Source of the DNA: a virus
Lineage: Duplodnaviria > Caudoviricetes
IMG/VR virus record: IMGVR_UViG_3300033232_000154
Span: 1 to 26,577 of that record
Length of the DNA: 26,577 nt
Direction: 5' to 3' (one strand)
Made by a program: the position numbers and the translations under genes. Within the stretch, counting starts at the first letter, position 1, and every line of letters starts with the position of its first letter. Positions 17,469 through 26,561 of the stretch are shown piece after piece. The notes beneath the pieces are model-generated. The model was given only the letters and a program-made list of their open reading frames with translations. It was not told the DNA's origin and did not search any database.

Positions 17469-18071
17469 TTGATCTTGTTAGTTGATGTTGTTTCTGAAGC
17501 TGGTAATCTTATCAAAGACAACCTTGGGAATTTCATAACTTTAGGGGCGTTATGCGTGGCATACCTAGCCTTTAGGATTTCAAGTAAGTCTTTCAAAGAG
17601 CATAATCGGCCATATATCACTGCCAATATTGAGAAAGGTGATTCACCCTATCATATATATCTGATTATTCGAAACAATGGTATCAGAGGCGCCCAGGATG
17701 TCAGCATAAAATTCAATCCCCCCATAAAATCTCAGGTGTTTAAAAACCAGCCGGAAATAAACGATATTTCTGAATGCTTCTATGCTTTCATCGCTCCGCA
17801 ACAAACCATTAAAAGCACATTTGACCTCACTCTGCATAGATTCGCCGAAGGCGTGGAAAGCGAAAACAAGATCAATATTGATATAAGCTATAAATGCGCA
17901 AAGAAGACCTATAAAGATAAGTATCTTATTGATATAGATTACATCAGACACCTGATCGGCCCCAAAGAAAGTGATGTCAAAAAAGGGTTTGAACAGCTCG
18001 ATAAAACACTGAATAAACTGGTCAAAAACACGGAAATGATAGCGGAGAGCGTTAAGAACGATGCAAAATAA
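17469..18071 (+). CDS. Hypothetical membrane-anchored protein inserted between hsdM and hsdS
   Basis: TTG start with SD GGGAGG. One N-terminal TM, then an RPYI..IRNNG..AQDV beta-rich domain and a C-terminal coiled coil. AT-rich. Confidence 0.75.
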   Translation: MILLVDVVSEAGNLIKDNLGNFITLGALCVAYLAFRISSKSFKEHNRPYITANIEKGDSPYHIYLIIRNNGIRGAQDVSIKFNPPIKSQVFKNQPEINDISECFYAFIAPQQTIKSTFDLTLHRFAEGVESENKINIDISYKCAKKTYKDKYLIDIDYIRHLIGPKESDVKKGFEQLDKTLNKLVKNTEMIAESVKNDAK

Positions 18072-19404
18072 CTACAAGAACAAAGACAGCGGGATCGAGT
18101 GGCTGGGTGAGGTGCCGGAACACTGGGATATCCAGAAAGTAAAGCATGTAGCAACTTATTCGGTTAGTAATGTAGATAAAAAAACGCAGGAAGGGGAAAC
18201 ACCAATCCGCCTTTTTAACTACACCGATGTTTACAATAATGAATATCTAACAAATGATATGGAGTTAATGGCAGCATCGGCGTCTCAAGGGCAGATAGAT
18301 AAATTTGTAGTTCATATTGATGATGTTCTAATCACGAAGGATTCGGAAGATTGGAGGGACATCGCAAAACCAGCATTAGTCAAATCTAGTGCACCAGACA
18401 TTGTGTGTGGCTACCACTTAGCTTTGATAAGGCCAAGTGATTCCAAAACTGATGGAAAGTTTATCTTTCGGTTGCTGCAGTCCACACTGATTAACCAACA
18501 GTTCCAAATCAACTCAAACGGTGTAACGAGATATGGATTACCTAAATCGGCTATAGGTGAATCACTGATTATATTGCCACCCAATATAGAACAACAATCT
18601 ATCATTCAATACCTCGACCGGGAAACAAGCCGGATAGATGCTCTGATCCAGAAGAAAGAGAGATTGATCGAAATGCTGAAAGAAAAGCGAATCGCCCTGA
18701 TCACTCAGGCCGTCACCAAAGGTCTTGATCCCAATGTACCAATGAAAGACTCCAGGATTGAGTGGATAGGCGAAGTGCCGGAGCATTGGACTCATGTTGT
18801 ATTGGGCCGTGTTTGTAAGATACAGGGTGGATATGCGTTTGATTCGAGTAATTTCGTTGATGAAGGATGTCCAATCGTGCAAATGAGTAATCTGAAAAGA
18901 GGGGTACTTGACCTCTCAGAAGCAAAAAAGTACCCCTATGAGTTATGTCCACGTGAGGTTAAACTTGATGAAGGTGATATTCTTTTAGGTATGTCAGGTA
19001 GTATAGGAGATACGGGAAGCCTTGGTAATTATGCTATGGTAAAGAAAAACGATCTCCCATGTTACCTAAATCAACGTGTAGGTAAACTTGACATCTCATC
19101 AAAGCTCTATCGTGGCTTTGTATATTATCTGATACAGTCTACACCCTTCTTTGAGCAAGTCCAGTTATCAGTCACAGGAACAGCACAGTTTAACATCAGT
19201 CCATCTCAATTGGGTGATATTTGGATAGCTTTACCTCCTACCACTGAACAAAATGATGTTTCGATCTATCTGGATAATGAAACATCAAAAATGGAAACAT
19301 TGATGGGAAGAGTTGAAAACTCCATTACCCTTCTCCGCGAATACCGCTCCTCCCTGATCAACTCAGCGGTTACTGGTAAGATCGATCTGAGAGACGCCTT
19401 ATGA
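18061..19404 (+). CDS. hsdS: Type I R-M system specificity subunit
   Basis: Two TRDs, each preceded by KDS(G/R)IEW(L/I)GEVPEHW and followed by PP..EQ..YLD.ET helices. Ends in AVTGKIDL. Confidence 0.96.
   Translation: MQNNYKNKDSGIEWLGEVPEHWDIQKVKHVATYSVSNVDKKTQEGETPIRLFNYTDVYNNEYLTNDMELMAASASQGQIDKFVVHIDDVLITKDSEDWRDIAKPALVKSSAPDIVCGYHLALIRPSDSKTDGKFIFRLLQSTLINQQFQINSNGVTRYGLPKSAIGESLIILPPNIEQQSIIQYLDRETSRIDALIQKKERLIEMLKEKRIALITQAVTKGLDPNVPMKDSRIEWIGEVPEHWTHVVLGRVCKIQGGYAFDSSNFVDEGCPIVQMSNLKRGVLDLSEAKKYPYELCPREVKLDEGDILLGMSGSIGDTGSLGNYAMVKKNDLPCYLNQRVGKLDISSKLYRGFVYYLIQSTPFFEQVQLSVTGTAQFNISPSQLGDIWIALPPTTEQNDVSIYLDNETSKMETLMGRVENSITLLREYRSSLINSAVTGKIDLRDAL
18082..18789 (+). repeat. Imperfect internal direct repeat of the hsdS conserved region (about 18082-18126 and 18745-18789)
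   Basis: AAAGACAGCGGGATCGAGTGGCTGGGTGAGGTGCCGGAACACTGG versus AAAGACTCCAGGATTGAGTGGATAGGCGAAGTGCCGGAGCATTGG. Confidence 0.8.
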
Positions 19405-22400
19405 AAACATACAACGAGCAGAGTTTTGAAGCCTATATTGAAGAGACCATGAACAAAGCACTTTGGGACAAAGTGTCCAATAGAAGCTTTGATGCCGAAC
19501 AGGCACTATTCCCAGAGCAGGTGATCAACTTTATTAAAAGCAGCCAAGCCACGATGTGGGCTGAATTGGCCAAGCTGAATGGCGAATTACTCCCGCAGCA
19601 ACTGCTCAAAGCATTGGTTAAAGAGCGGAGCAATAAAGGTGCGCTGCACATACTGCGGCATGGCTTCAAGTTTCAGGGCAAGACCATGCGCCTGGCATTC
19701 TACAAACCGGCGCACGGCATGAGCCAGGAATCGCAGGCGCTGTATGCCGCCAATCGCTTTCAGGTTTGCCGTCAGGTCTTTTACCATCCCGATAAAAATC
19801 AGAGCATTGACATGGTGCTGGCGGTGAATGGTATCCCGGTTGCCACGCTGGAGATCAAGAATCCGGGTACCGGGCAGAGCTGGCGCAATGCCATCCACCA
19901 ATACAAAGCTGACCGGGACCCTGCCAGTCCCCTGCTGAGCTTCAAATGCGGGGCTCTGGTGCACTTCGCGGTTGATCCGGATGAAGTGTATATGACTACC
20001 CGGCTGAGCAAGGGTAAGACCCAATTTCTGCCCTTTAACCGGGGTAGCAAACCCCAGGAGATCGATTGCGGGGCGGGCAATCCCCTGCATCCTTTGGGGC
20101 ACCGGACTGCCTATCTCTGGGAAGAGGTGCTGGCACCCCAGAGTTTGCTGGATATTATCGGCAGCTTCATCTTTATCGAAGCTGAGGGCAAAGCCAAAGA
20201 AACCATCATCTTTCCCCGCTATCATCAGCTTGATGCCGTGCGCCAGTTGATTGCCGCCACTGAAAGTGACGGAGCGGGCAGGAACTACCTGATCCAGCAT
20301 AGCGCCGGCAGCGGCAAAACCAACAGTATCTCCTGGCTGGCACATCGTTTGGCAAATCTGCATTCAGATGACAAGCTGATCTTCGACTGCGTGGTGGTGA
20401 TCACAGACCGGGTGGTGCTTGATCGACAATTGCAGGACGCGATCTATCAGATCGAGCATGCCACGGGAGTGGTGAAGCCCATCAAGGAAGGTTCCCGGCA
20501 GCTTGCGGAAGCCTTGGTTGACGGCACCAAGATCATCATCACCACCCTGCAGAAGTTTCCCTTTATCATGAGTGGTCTGCTGAGGATCGCCGGGGCCAAG
20601 AACACCGCCAACCCGGATGAGGCAGCGCTCCTGAAATCAAAGGTCTGGCAGAACAAGATCTCCGGCAGGCGCTATGCCATCATCGTGGATGAAGCGCACA
20701 GCAGCCAGACAGGAGAAGCAGCCCGGGGCCTCAAGCAAGTGCTGGGAGACAAGGCAGCGAAAGTGGATGAAGTGGAAGATTGGCAGGATGAACTGAACAA
20801 GATCATGGAATCCCGGGGGCAGCAGCCCAACCTCAGTTTCTATGCCTTCACCGCCACCCCCAAGGGCAAGACCCTGGAGCTGTTCGGCAAGGGTGGGAAA
20901 GCCTTTCACAACTACAGCATGCGGCAGGCAATCGAAGAGGGCTTTATCCTGGATGTGCTGAAGAAATACACCACCTACAAGACCTATTTCAAGCTGATCA
21001 AGAAGGTGGAGAACAACCCCGCCATGCCCGCCAAGAAAGCAGCGAAAAAACTCTGTAAGTTTATGAGGCTGCATCCCCGCAACGTGAGCCAGAAAACCGA
21101 GATCATCGTTGAGCACTTCCGGGGCTGCATCAAGCCCCTTTTGGGAGGCAAAGCCAAGGCGATGGTGGTGACGGACAGCCGCTTGCAGGCGGTGCGCTAT
21201 ATGCTGGCTTTCACCAAGTATCTGGGCGAGCATCACTATAGCGATATCCGGCCTCTGGTGGCCTTCAGCGGCACCGTGCTCGATCCGGAAATGGGCTTGG
21301 AATACACCGAACCTGGCATGAACATCGACTTCAAGAATGGCCGGCATATCTCCGAAACGCAACTCAAAGACCGCTTTGGCAGCGAGGATTATCAGATCCT
21401 GCTGGTGGCCAATAAATACCAGACTGGCTATGACCAACCCCTGCTCTGTGCCATGTATGTGGATAAGCGTTTGGATGGGGTGCAGGCGGTGCAGACCCTC
21501 TCACGCTTGAATAGGATCTATCCGGGTAAGAGCGAGCCCTTTGTGTTGGATTTTGTCAACAAGGCAGAAGATATCCTGGTTGCTTTCAAGCCTTACTATA
21601 CCGTCACAGAATTGGAGGCGGAATCCGATCCCTCGCATTTGGAATTGCTCAAGCACGAGCTGAACCAGATGAAGGTCTACGACTGGAAAGATGTCCAGAG
21701 CTTTGCTCAGGTATTCTACAAGCCTCTGGCTTTGCAGAAGAACAGCGACCATGCCCTGATGCAGAAGTATCTGCAGACCACGGTGGACTCCTTCAAAGCG
21801 CTGGACAAGGAAGAGGACAGAGAGAAGTTTTATGACAAACTGAAGGCGTTTGTGCGGCTCTATGCCTTTATGACCCAGCTTATCAGCTACATTGACCAGG
21901 AGCAGGAGATGCTCTATAGCTATGGCAGGTTCCTTCTGCCGCATCTGCATCTGGCTGACACTGGCGAAGCCTATCCGGAAAAGGATGTTCAACTGCAGTA
22001 TTACCGTCTGCAGAAGGTGATGGAAGGGGTTATTGATCTATCCGATGGTGAAGACGTAAAAGTGAAGTCACCTACCGAGGTGGGCACCCGCAAAGCCCAG
22101 GAAGAGAACAAGCCTTTATCGGAGATCATCGAGACCCTCAACGACCGCTTTGGAACGGATTTCAGCGAGGCAGACAGGCTGTTCTTTGAGCAGATCAAAG
22201 AAACAGCGATGCAGGACGAGAGCGTGCTCAAGACTGCAGCAGCCAATCCGCTGGATAAGTTTGAGCTTGGGATACAACAGATTATCAAAGACCTGATGAT
22301 GAAACGCCTGAAACAGAATGATAAGATCGTGAGCAGATACATGGATGATAACCTATTTCAATCTGTAATTCTGAGTATACTTGCAAAAGAGATTTACCAG

Positions 22401-22433
22401 ACGGCTAGAACACCGGACGATTTGATCAAGTGA
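19401..22433 (+). CDS. hsdR: Type I R-M system restriction subunit
   Basis: IDMV..LEIKN..AIHQY nuclease, HSAGSGKT (Walker A), VDEAH, FTATP, QTGYDQP and QTLSRLNR helicase motifs. Confidence 0.96.
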   Translation: MKTYNEQSFEAYIEETMNKALWDKVSNRSFDAEQALFPEQVINFIKSSQATMWAELAKLNGELLPQQLLKALVKERSNKGALHILRHGFKFQGKTMRLAFYKPAHGMSQESQALYAANRFQVCRQVFYHPDKNQSIDMVLAVNGIPVATLEIKNPGTGQSWRNAIHQYKADRDPASPLLSFKCGALVHFAVDPDEVYMTTRLSKGKTQFLPFNRGSKPQEIDCGAGNPLHPLGHRTAYLWEEVLAPQSLLDIIGSFIFIEAEGKAKETIIFPRYHQLDAVRQLIAATESDGAGRNYLIQHSAGSGKTNSISWLAHRLANLHSDDKLIFDCVVVITDRVVLDRQLQDAIYQIEHATGVVKPIKEGSRQLAEALVDGTKIIITTLQKFPFIMSGLLRIAGAKNTANPDEAALLKSKVWQNKISGRRYAIIVDEAHSSQTGEAARGLKQVLGDKAAKVDEVEDWQDELNKIMESRGQQPNLSFYAFTATPKGKTLELFGKGGKAFHNYSMRQAIEEGFILDVLKKYTTYKTYFKLIKKVENNPAMPAKKAAKKLCKFMRLHPRNVSQKTEIIVEHFRGCIKPLLGGKAKAMVVTDSRLQAVRYMLAFTKYLGEHHYSDIRPLVAFSGTVLDPEMGLEYTEPGMNIDFKNGRHISETQLKDRFGSEDYQILLVANKYQTGYDQPLLCAMYVDKRLDGVQAVQTLSRLNRIYPGKSEPFVLDFVNKAEDILVAFKPYYTVTELEAESDPSHLELLKHELNQMKVYDWKDVQSFAQVFYKPLALQKNSDHALMQKYLQTTVDSFKALDKEEDREKFYDKLKAFVRLYAFMTQLISYIDQEQEMLYSYGRFLLPHLHLADTGEAYPEKDVQLQYYRLQKVMEGVIDLSDGEDVKVKSPTEVGTRKAQEENKPLSEIIETLNDRFGTDFSEADRLFFEQIKETAMQDESVLKTAAANPLDKFELGIQQIIKDLMMKRLKQNDKIVSRYMDDNLFQSVILSILAKEIYQTARTPDDLIK

Positions 22434-23623
22434 AGAAGCTATCACCTAATCTAGTTTCCTTTTATCAAAACAGAAATCTCAAAAATATGAGAAAAAAGAA
22501 CAGACTAACTAAAAGGATGAAACATTATAAGCATAAGATCAAAGTCCTTAGCTTATCTGATCCTGTTCTATTAAGCATAATTGAAGCTCCGTCAAGACGA
22601 AGAGCGAAAGTCAAAGAAGTTTACCATAAAAAAAACTACAATAATCCCGAGCTCACAATCCTTATTCAAGATGACTTCGGAATTGAAGACAGATCTAGCA
22701 TCGAAAGATTTTTGGATATTGCCAGGCAATTTGTTGATTGTAACTCTCAAACGATAAATTTCGACCTAGCACGTTGTACCAGAATGTGGCCAAGTGCAGT
22801 TACTCTATTGTGTTCATTAAAGCATTGGGTAGAAATGAAAGCCAAATCCGGTCAAACACCCCATCTAAGATCTACGAAATCTGCTTATGATCATGTAAAC
22901 GGTTACTTAAACGAATGTGGATTTTACGATTATGTTGGACGCACCAGAGATCAAGCGAAATCACAATTTAATCAGAGTGAGATGGTAAAAATTGAAAAAG
23001 AAACCGATAGGTCAAGGATAAAGTTAAGAAGGGACCAATTAAGAAATCTGATATCGCAGTATAGTTCTCTTACACCGAGCGAACAAGAGAAATTTGTGGA
23101 TCATGTGCTAGTGGAAGTAACTAGCAATGTTAGTGAACATGGATTAGGGGTACACAATACTCTGGGGTGGTGGATAATTGCTCAGTATCATAGAAATCAC
23201 AGTTGTATTTCGCTTTGCATTGCCGATAATGGTATCGGATTTCGCAATTCGCTTTTATCTGGTTCACAATACATGTACATTCGGGAGAAGTACTCCAATA
23301 TTGTAAGTGATGAAGGTAGGGCAATTAAGCTTGCTTTCGAAGAATCTGTAAGCGGAGCATTATTTGCGCCATTGAAAAAGAAACGTCTTTTAGGCGATCG
23401 GTACGAGAGAGGACCTCGACGAGGAAATGGTTTAAAAATAATAAAAGACGCTTGCAAGGAATTCCAAATACCTCTCGCTGTATTGTCCCATAATGGATAT
23501 CTTTTTATTGACGCACAAGGGGGGTACGAAAAAATGGGTCATTGTGATAAACGTATCTTTGCAGGGACGTTATATCACTTTCTGATTCCAGCAAAAGGAG
23601 TACCAAATGATAAAGAGAATTGA
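22430..23623 (+). CDS. STAS-like + GHKL (HATPase) ATP-binding protein, anti-sigma-kinase-like
   Basis: FDLARCTRMWPSA STAS-like motif, N box EVTSNVSEHG, G1 box IADNGIGF, G2 box RGNGL and terminal FAGT. GTGA overlap with hsdR, although the true start may be a downstream ATG. Confidence 0.85.
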   Translation: MKKLSPNLVSFYQNRNLKNMRKKNRLTKRMKHYKHKIKVLSLSDPVLLSIIEAPSRRRAKVKEVYHKKNYNNPELTILIQDDFGIEDRSSIERFLDIARQFVDCNSQTINFDLARCTRMWPSAVTLLCSLKHWVEMKAKSGQTPHLRSTKSAYDHVNGYLNECGFYDYVGRTRDQAKSQFNQSEMVKIEKETDRSRIKLRRDQLRNLISQYSSLTPSEQEKFVDHVLVEVTSNVSEHGLGVHNTLGWWIIAQYHRNHSCISLCIADNGIGFRNSLLSGSQYMYIREKYSNIVSDEGRAIKLAFEESVSGALFAPLKKKRLLGDRYERGPRRGNGLKIIKDACKEFQIPLAVLSHNGYLFIDAQGGYEKMGHCDKRIFAGTLYHFLIPAKGVPNDKEN

Positions 23624-23945
23624 TGTCGGCAAGGATTTCTTTGTCGACCTTGTGAATAGAGACACAAATCAGGGAGATGGGCAGTACACAGCGAAACAGT
23701 TTCGAGATAAGTACTTGAGCGAGATGACAAATCTCGAATTTTGGAAAAAACCTAAGCCTACTATAGAATTAGATTTTCAAAATGTTGAGGTTTTAGGTCC
23801 ATCTTTTGCCAATGAAGCATTTGCCTATTTTACTCAGTTTACCCAACCTGAAGTCATAAAAAGAGTTATCAAATTCATCAATATTAGCCAAGTTAAAATG
23901 TCTACCATTGATGTCGAGCTTAATAGAAGCTATGACCGACTTTGA
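23607..23945 (+). CDS. Stand-alone STAS-like protein (DUF4325-like)
   Basis: 112 aa with QFRDKYL..IELDFQNVEVLGPSFANEAF signature. SD AAGGAG, overlapping the kinase gene. Confidence 0.85.
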   Translation: MIKRIDVGKDFFVDLVNRDTNQGDGQYTAKQFRDKYLSEMTNLEFWKKPKPTIELDFQNVEVLGPSFANEAFAYFTQFTQPEVIKRVIKFINISQVKMSTIDVELNRSYDRL

Positions 23946-23972
23946 GTGAAAATCAGTTAACGAGGCATTAGA

Positions 23973-24596
23973 ATGAAGTTTGGTAAATTGCTCTGTGTAT
24001 TCTTTGTATGTCTATTTAGCTTGTTACTATTCTACACATTGGTAAGACCTATCTTCTACAGATTTGATGCATTAACATGGCCTACGAGACCTCTATCACT
24101 TGAAGAAGCTCGTAATTATTACGGCATTCTTTCAGCAATTACTACTGTATTATTCGGATTCTTGGGTTTACTATTAGGATTCCTCTATTTTATTAGAAGG
24201 CAGAGATTTGATTTAGCCAACAGGAAAAGAGACCAACTCCGAAAGATACTAGATATGGTTATTAATAAGATAGACTTTATTGATAGTTCGTGTAATAAAA
24301 TTCTCAACAACTGCGGATCAAGCGTTAACGATAAGAAATCAATTGTAGCCGATGTTTCAACTTCGTGGAACACGTTTAATTCGATATTGGAAAACCATGC
24401 AGGATTCCTGCAATTCCAAGATTTAGATGTATACGAAATAGCTGCCGCTTATTCAGTAGTAGATATAGAGATACTTAAACAAGATACAGCAACATTACCT
24501 AAACAGAAGCATGCCGCTCTTGTTTACGACTACAATGCTAAAATGAGAAAAGCCAGAAAGATTCTATACTCAAAGTACTTTGATAATATTGGGTAA
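23973..24596 (+). CDS. Hypothetical 2-TM membrane protein
   Basis: Two hydrophobic segments (LLCVFFVCLFSLLLFYTLV and GILSAITTVLFGFLGLLLGFLYFI), a basic stretch, then a helical soluble domain. SD GAGG. Confidence 0.8.
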   Translation: MKFGKLLCVFFVCLFSLLLFYTLVRPIFYRFDALTWPTRPLSLEEARNYYGILSAITTVLFGFLGLLLGFLYFIRRQRFDLANRKRDQLRKILDMVINKIDFIDSSCNKILNNCGSSVNDKKSIVADVSTSWNTFNSILENHAGFLQFQDLDVYEIAAAYSVVDIEILKQDTATLPKQKHAALVYDYNAKMRKARKILYSKYFDNIG

Positions 24597-24604
24597 TCAC
24601 TTTT

Positions 24605-25480
24605 TCAGAAAATCTGTGTGCTGGTCCTACACTTCCAATGAAACGGCGGAAAAGGCGTATGCGCACCGGAAACACGCACTGGATTCATCTCTGAGTCATA
24701 TTCTATCTGATCATCCTTGATCCAGGGGGCGAGAGCTTTGATGTAATCCCGGGCATCATCCAGGCTATTGGACTTGGTATCCAGTGCCATCAAGTTATCC
24801 ATCACATCGATAGCATCGTTTAGTGGGTAAGCTTTGTCTTGAGCAGCCAGAGCCCTGCAGATGTCACTGGTGCGATCATCCAGGATTACTATGAGCTTGT
24901 AGTATCTGGCTTTGGCTTTCTTGTAGCCCTGAAGCCTCCCGAACTCACGTATTCTCAGAGCGGTATGCTCTGCCAATCCCTGCCAGTAGTGGGAGGACTT
25001 CTCTGCAATGTCACTGAACTGGTCTTTGAGGGTATCTGCCAGCATCTCTTTAGTATATCCCTGCTGGATTGCTTTGGAAAGCACGTCTGCGAAGCTCTGG
25101 CAGACATCGGCTTCGAAGTGGTTCCCGATCCAGAACAACTGCTGCTTCTGAATAGTGGAAGAGAGATGCTGATCGTCAATGCCCCATAGCCCGATGCTGG
25201 TCTTGGTGGGGGCTTGCACTTGGGTGTCTTTGAGTCCGAGCCGCACAAAGCGGTCTATTATCGCTTTGGTGGGCTCATTGACCAGAGCTGCGAAGTCATC
25301 TCCCAACTGGGTATTGATGATGCCCATAAGCTTATCTATGGAGTCCTGGTTGATCTTCTCGGCTCGTGGCATGTCACTCAGCATCTGGATAGCAAGGCGG
25401 GTAGCATCTCTGATCTCGGTCTTCCAAGCATTATTGAGGACCCGGTAATACTCAAGCATGAGCTTATCATAGTAGTTCAT
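24605..25480 (-). CDS. Phage head morphogenesis / minor head protein (SPP1 gp7 / Mu gpF family)
   Basis: ILDDRTSDIC and PPFHWKCRT motifs. TGATG overlap with the terminase stop. Confidence 0.9.
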   Translation of the reverse strand: MNYYDKLMLEYYRVLNNAWKTEIRDATRLAIQMLSDMPRAEKINQDSIDKLMGIINTQLGDDFAALVNEPTKAIIDRFVRLGLKDTQVQAPTKTSIGLWGIDDQHLSSTIQKQQLFWIGNHFEADVCQSFADVLSKAIQQGYTKEMLADTLKDQFSDIAEKSSHYWQGLAEHTALRIREFGRLQGYKKAKARYYKLIVILDDRTSDICRALAAQDKAYPLNDAIDVMDNLMALDTKSNSLDDARDYIKALAPWIKDDQIEYDSEMNPVRVSGAHTPFPPFHWKCRTSTQIF

Positions 25481-26450
25481 CAGAAACTGAACCTCCGGAC
25501 TTTGACTCTATTTCTGCCGATATCGTATTCCGAGAAGCGTTCCAGGCATCCTGCCAGAGCATCACAGCCATCAATATAGCCATCTGGATAAGTGAGGAAC
25601 TGGGATATGAGGGTTGGTGTATCCTGTCCCTCCGGAAAGAGCACCTTGGCTGTCTCGATGATGGTCTCGGTTCTTTCAATGCGGAGGTTCTTGTTATCTT
25701 TGTTATCGATGCGCTTGATGCGGTGGCTGATTGGTGGCAGATGATTATCTGTAGCCCACCGATCAAAGTCGGCAAGGATACGAGCTTGACCATAGGTTGT
25801 TTCACAGGCTGCTCTGGCTTTTACTCTGTATGTGCGATCCAACTCCTGATAGGCATCATAATAGTATCTAAAGAACTTGGTGTTCTCAGTTTGACGTATC
25901 CAGACATGAAGTACATAGAAGCGGTTTCCATCATAGCCAATGGAGATAACTGCCTTGTAACAGCCCTTCTCTCCCCAGGCAGGATCGGCATAGAGCCAGA
26001 CCCGCTTCATCTGGGATGGTTCTGGAAGGATTCGATACTTGGTAAACCAGTGATTCTTGAAGATGTTCCCTTCTATTACCGGCTGACCGAGCATCTCCCT
26101 CTGATAGCCTGTATGACCGAACTTGGCTCGCAGGTTGGGCAGAGTTGCAGTAGGGTACTGCTCCTCCCAGATAGACTTGCCCTGCATGTCTTCGAGAGAG
26201 AAGCGCAATATCGCTTTCTGGTGCGTTTTGAGAACCGACTGGCATCCTGGGTCTAATTCTGGATTATCTGCCCGTAAATCGCCTAATATGAGTTCCTGAA
26301 ACTGGCAGATGGAGTAATTGGGATGTACCAGGTTACCCAGCCAGACGATCTTGCCATTTCCCTCGGGTGAGAGAGCTCCGGCAAGCTCCTGGGTGATCTT
26401 CTCCATGCGTCTCTTACCAATGGACTGGTTACCCATGTTCTCTTCTTTAT
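25480..26450 (-). pseudogene. terL: Terminase large subunit, 3' fragment interrupted in the ATPase domain
   Basis: IVWLGN coupling-motif region, YQREMLGQP, and RNase H-like nuclease motifs YADPA and IDGCDAL. No Walker A/B. Terminase-like sequence stops abruptly at 26450. Confidence 0.85.
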
Positions 26451-26482
26451 GGCTCAAGTTCAATTATGGTGGGTAGAAAAAA

Positions 26483-26561
26483 CTTGAGAGGAACGAGGCA
26501 TGAATTTTAATGACACTACTAATAACCACAAAAGGAGTGTCTCATGCAAGTTCCTCTCAAG
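26483..26561 (+). repeat. Inverted repeat enclosing the SD and start codon of the putative transposase
   Basis: CTTGAGAGGAAC (26483-26494) pairs with GTTCCTCTCAAG (26550-26561). GCATGA (26498-26503) pairs with TCATGC (26542-26547). GACACT (26512-26517) pairs with AGTGTC (26536-26541). Confidence 0.8.

Larger units (their letters stand above)
315..26450 (-). mobile_element. Prophage head/tail/lysis region with antisense cargo, probably defective. It extends beyond the window.
   Basis: Co-oriented terminase, head morphogenesis, lysozyme, portal, protease-capsid, tube, chaperone and tape-measure genes, many with overlapping start/stop codons. No integrase or att site is visible in the window. 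Confidence 0.93.

Noticed and set aside
15254-21992. Long - strand ORFs (15254-16012, 16655-17626, 19587-20363, 20637-21437, 21501-21992)
   Set aside because: They lie mostly or wholly antisense to the motif-complete hsdM and hsdR genes and have no recognisable motifs. They are typical shadow frames of biased codon usage.
14200-24610. Cargo island as an autonomous transposon or integron array
   Set aside because: I found no recombinase, terminal inverted repeats, target duplication or attC-like palindromes. The genes overlap each other directly.
26451-26463. TTG start giving an intact 327-aa terminase
   Set aside because: The start lies in the foreign segment and the product lacks Walker A/B, so it is treated as a fragment.
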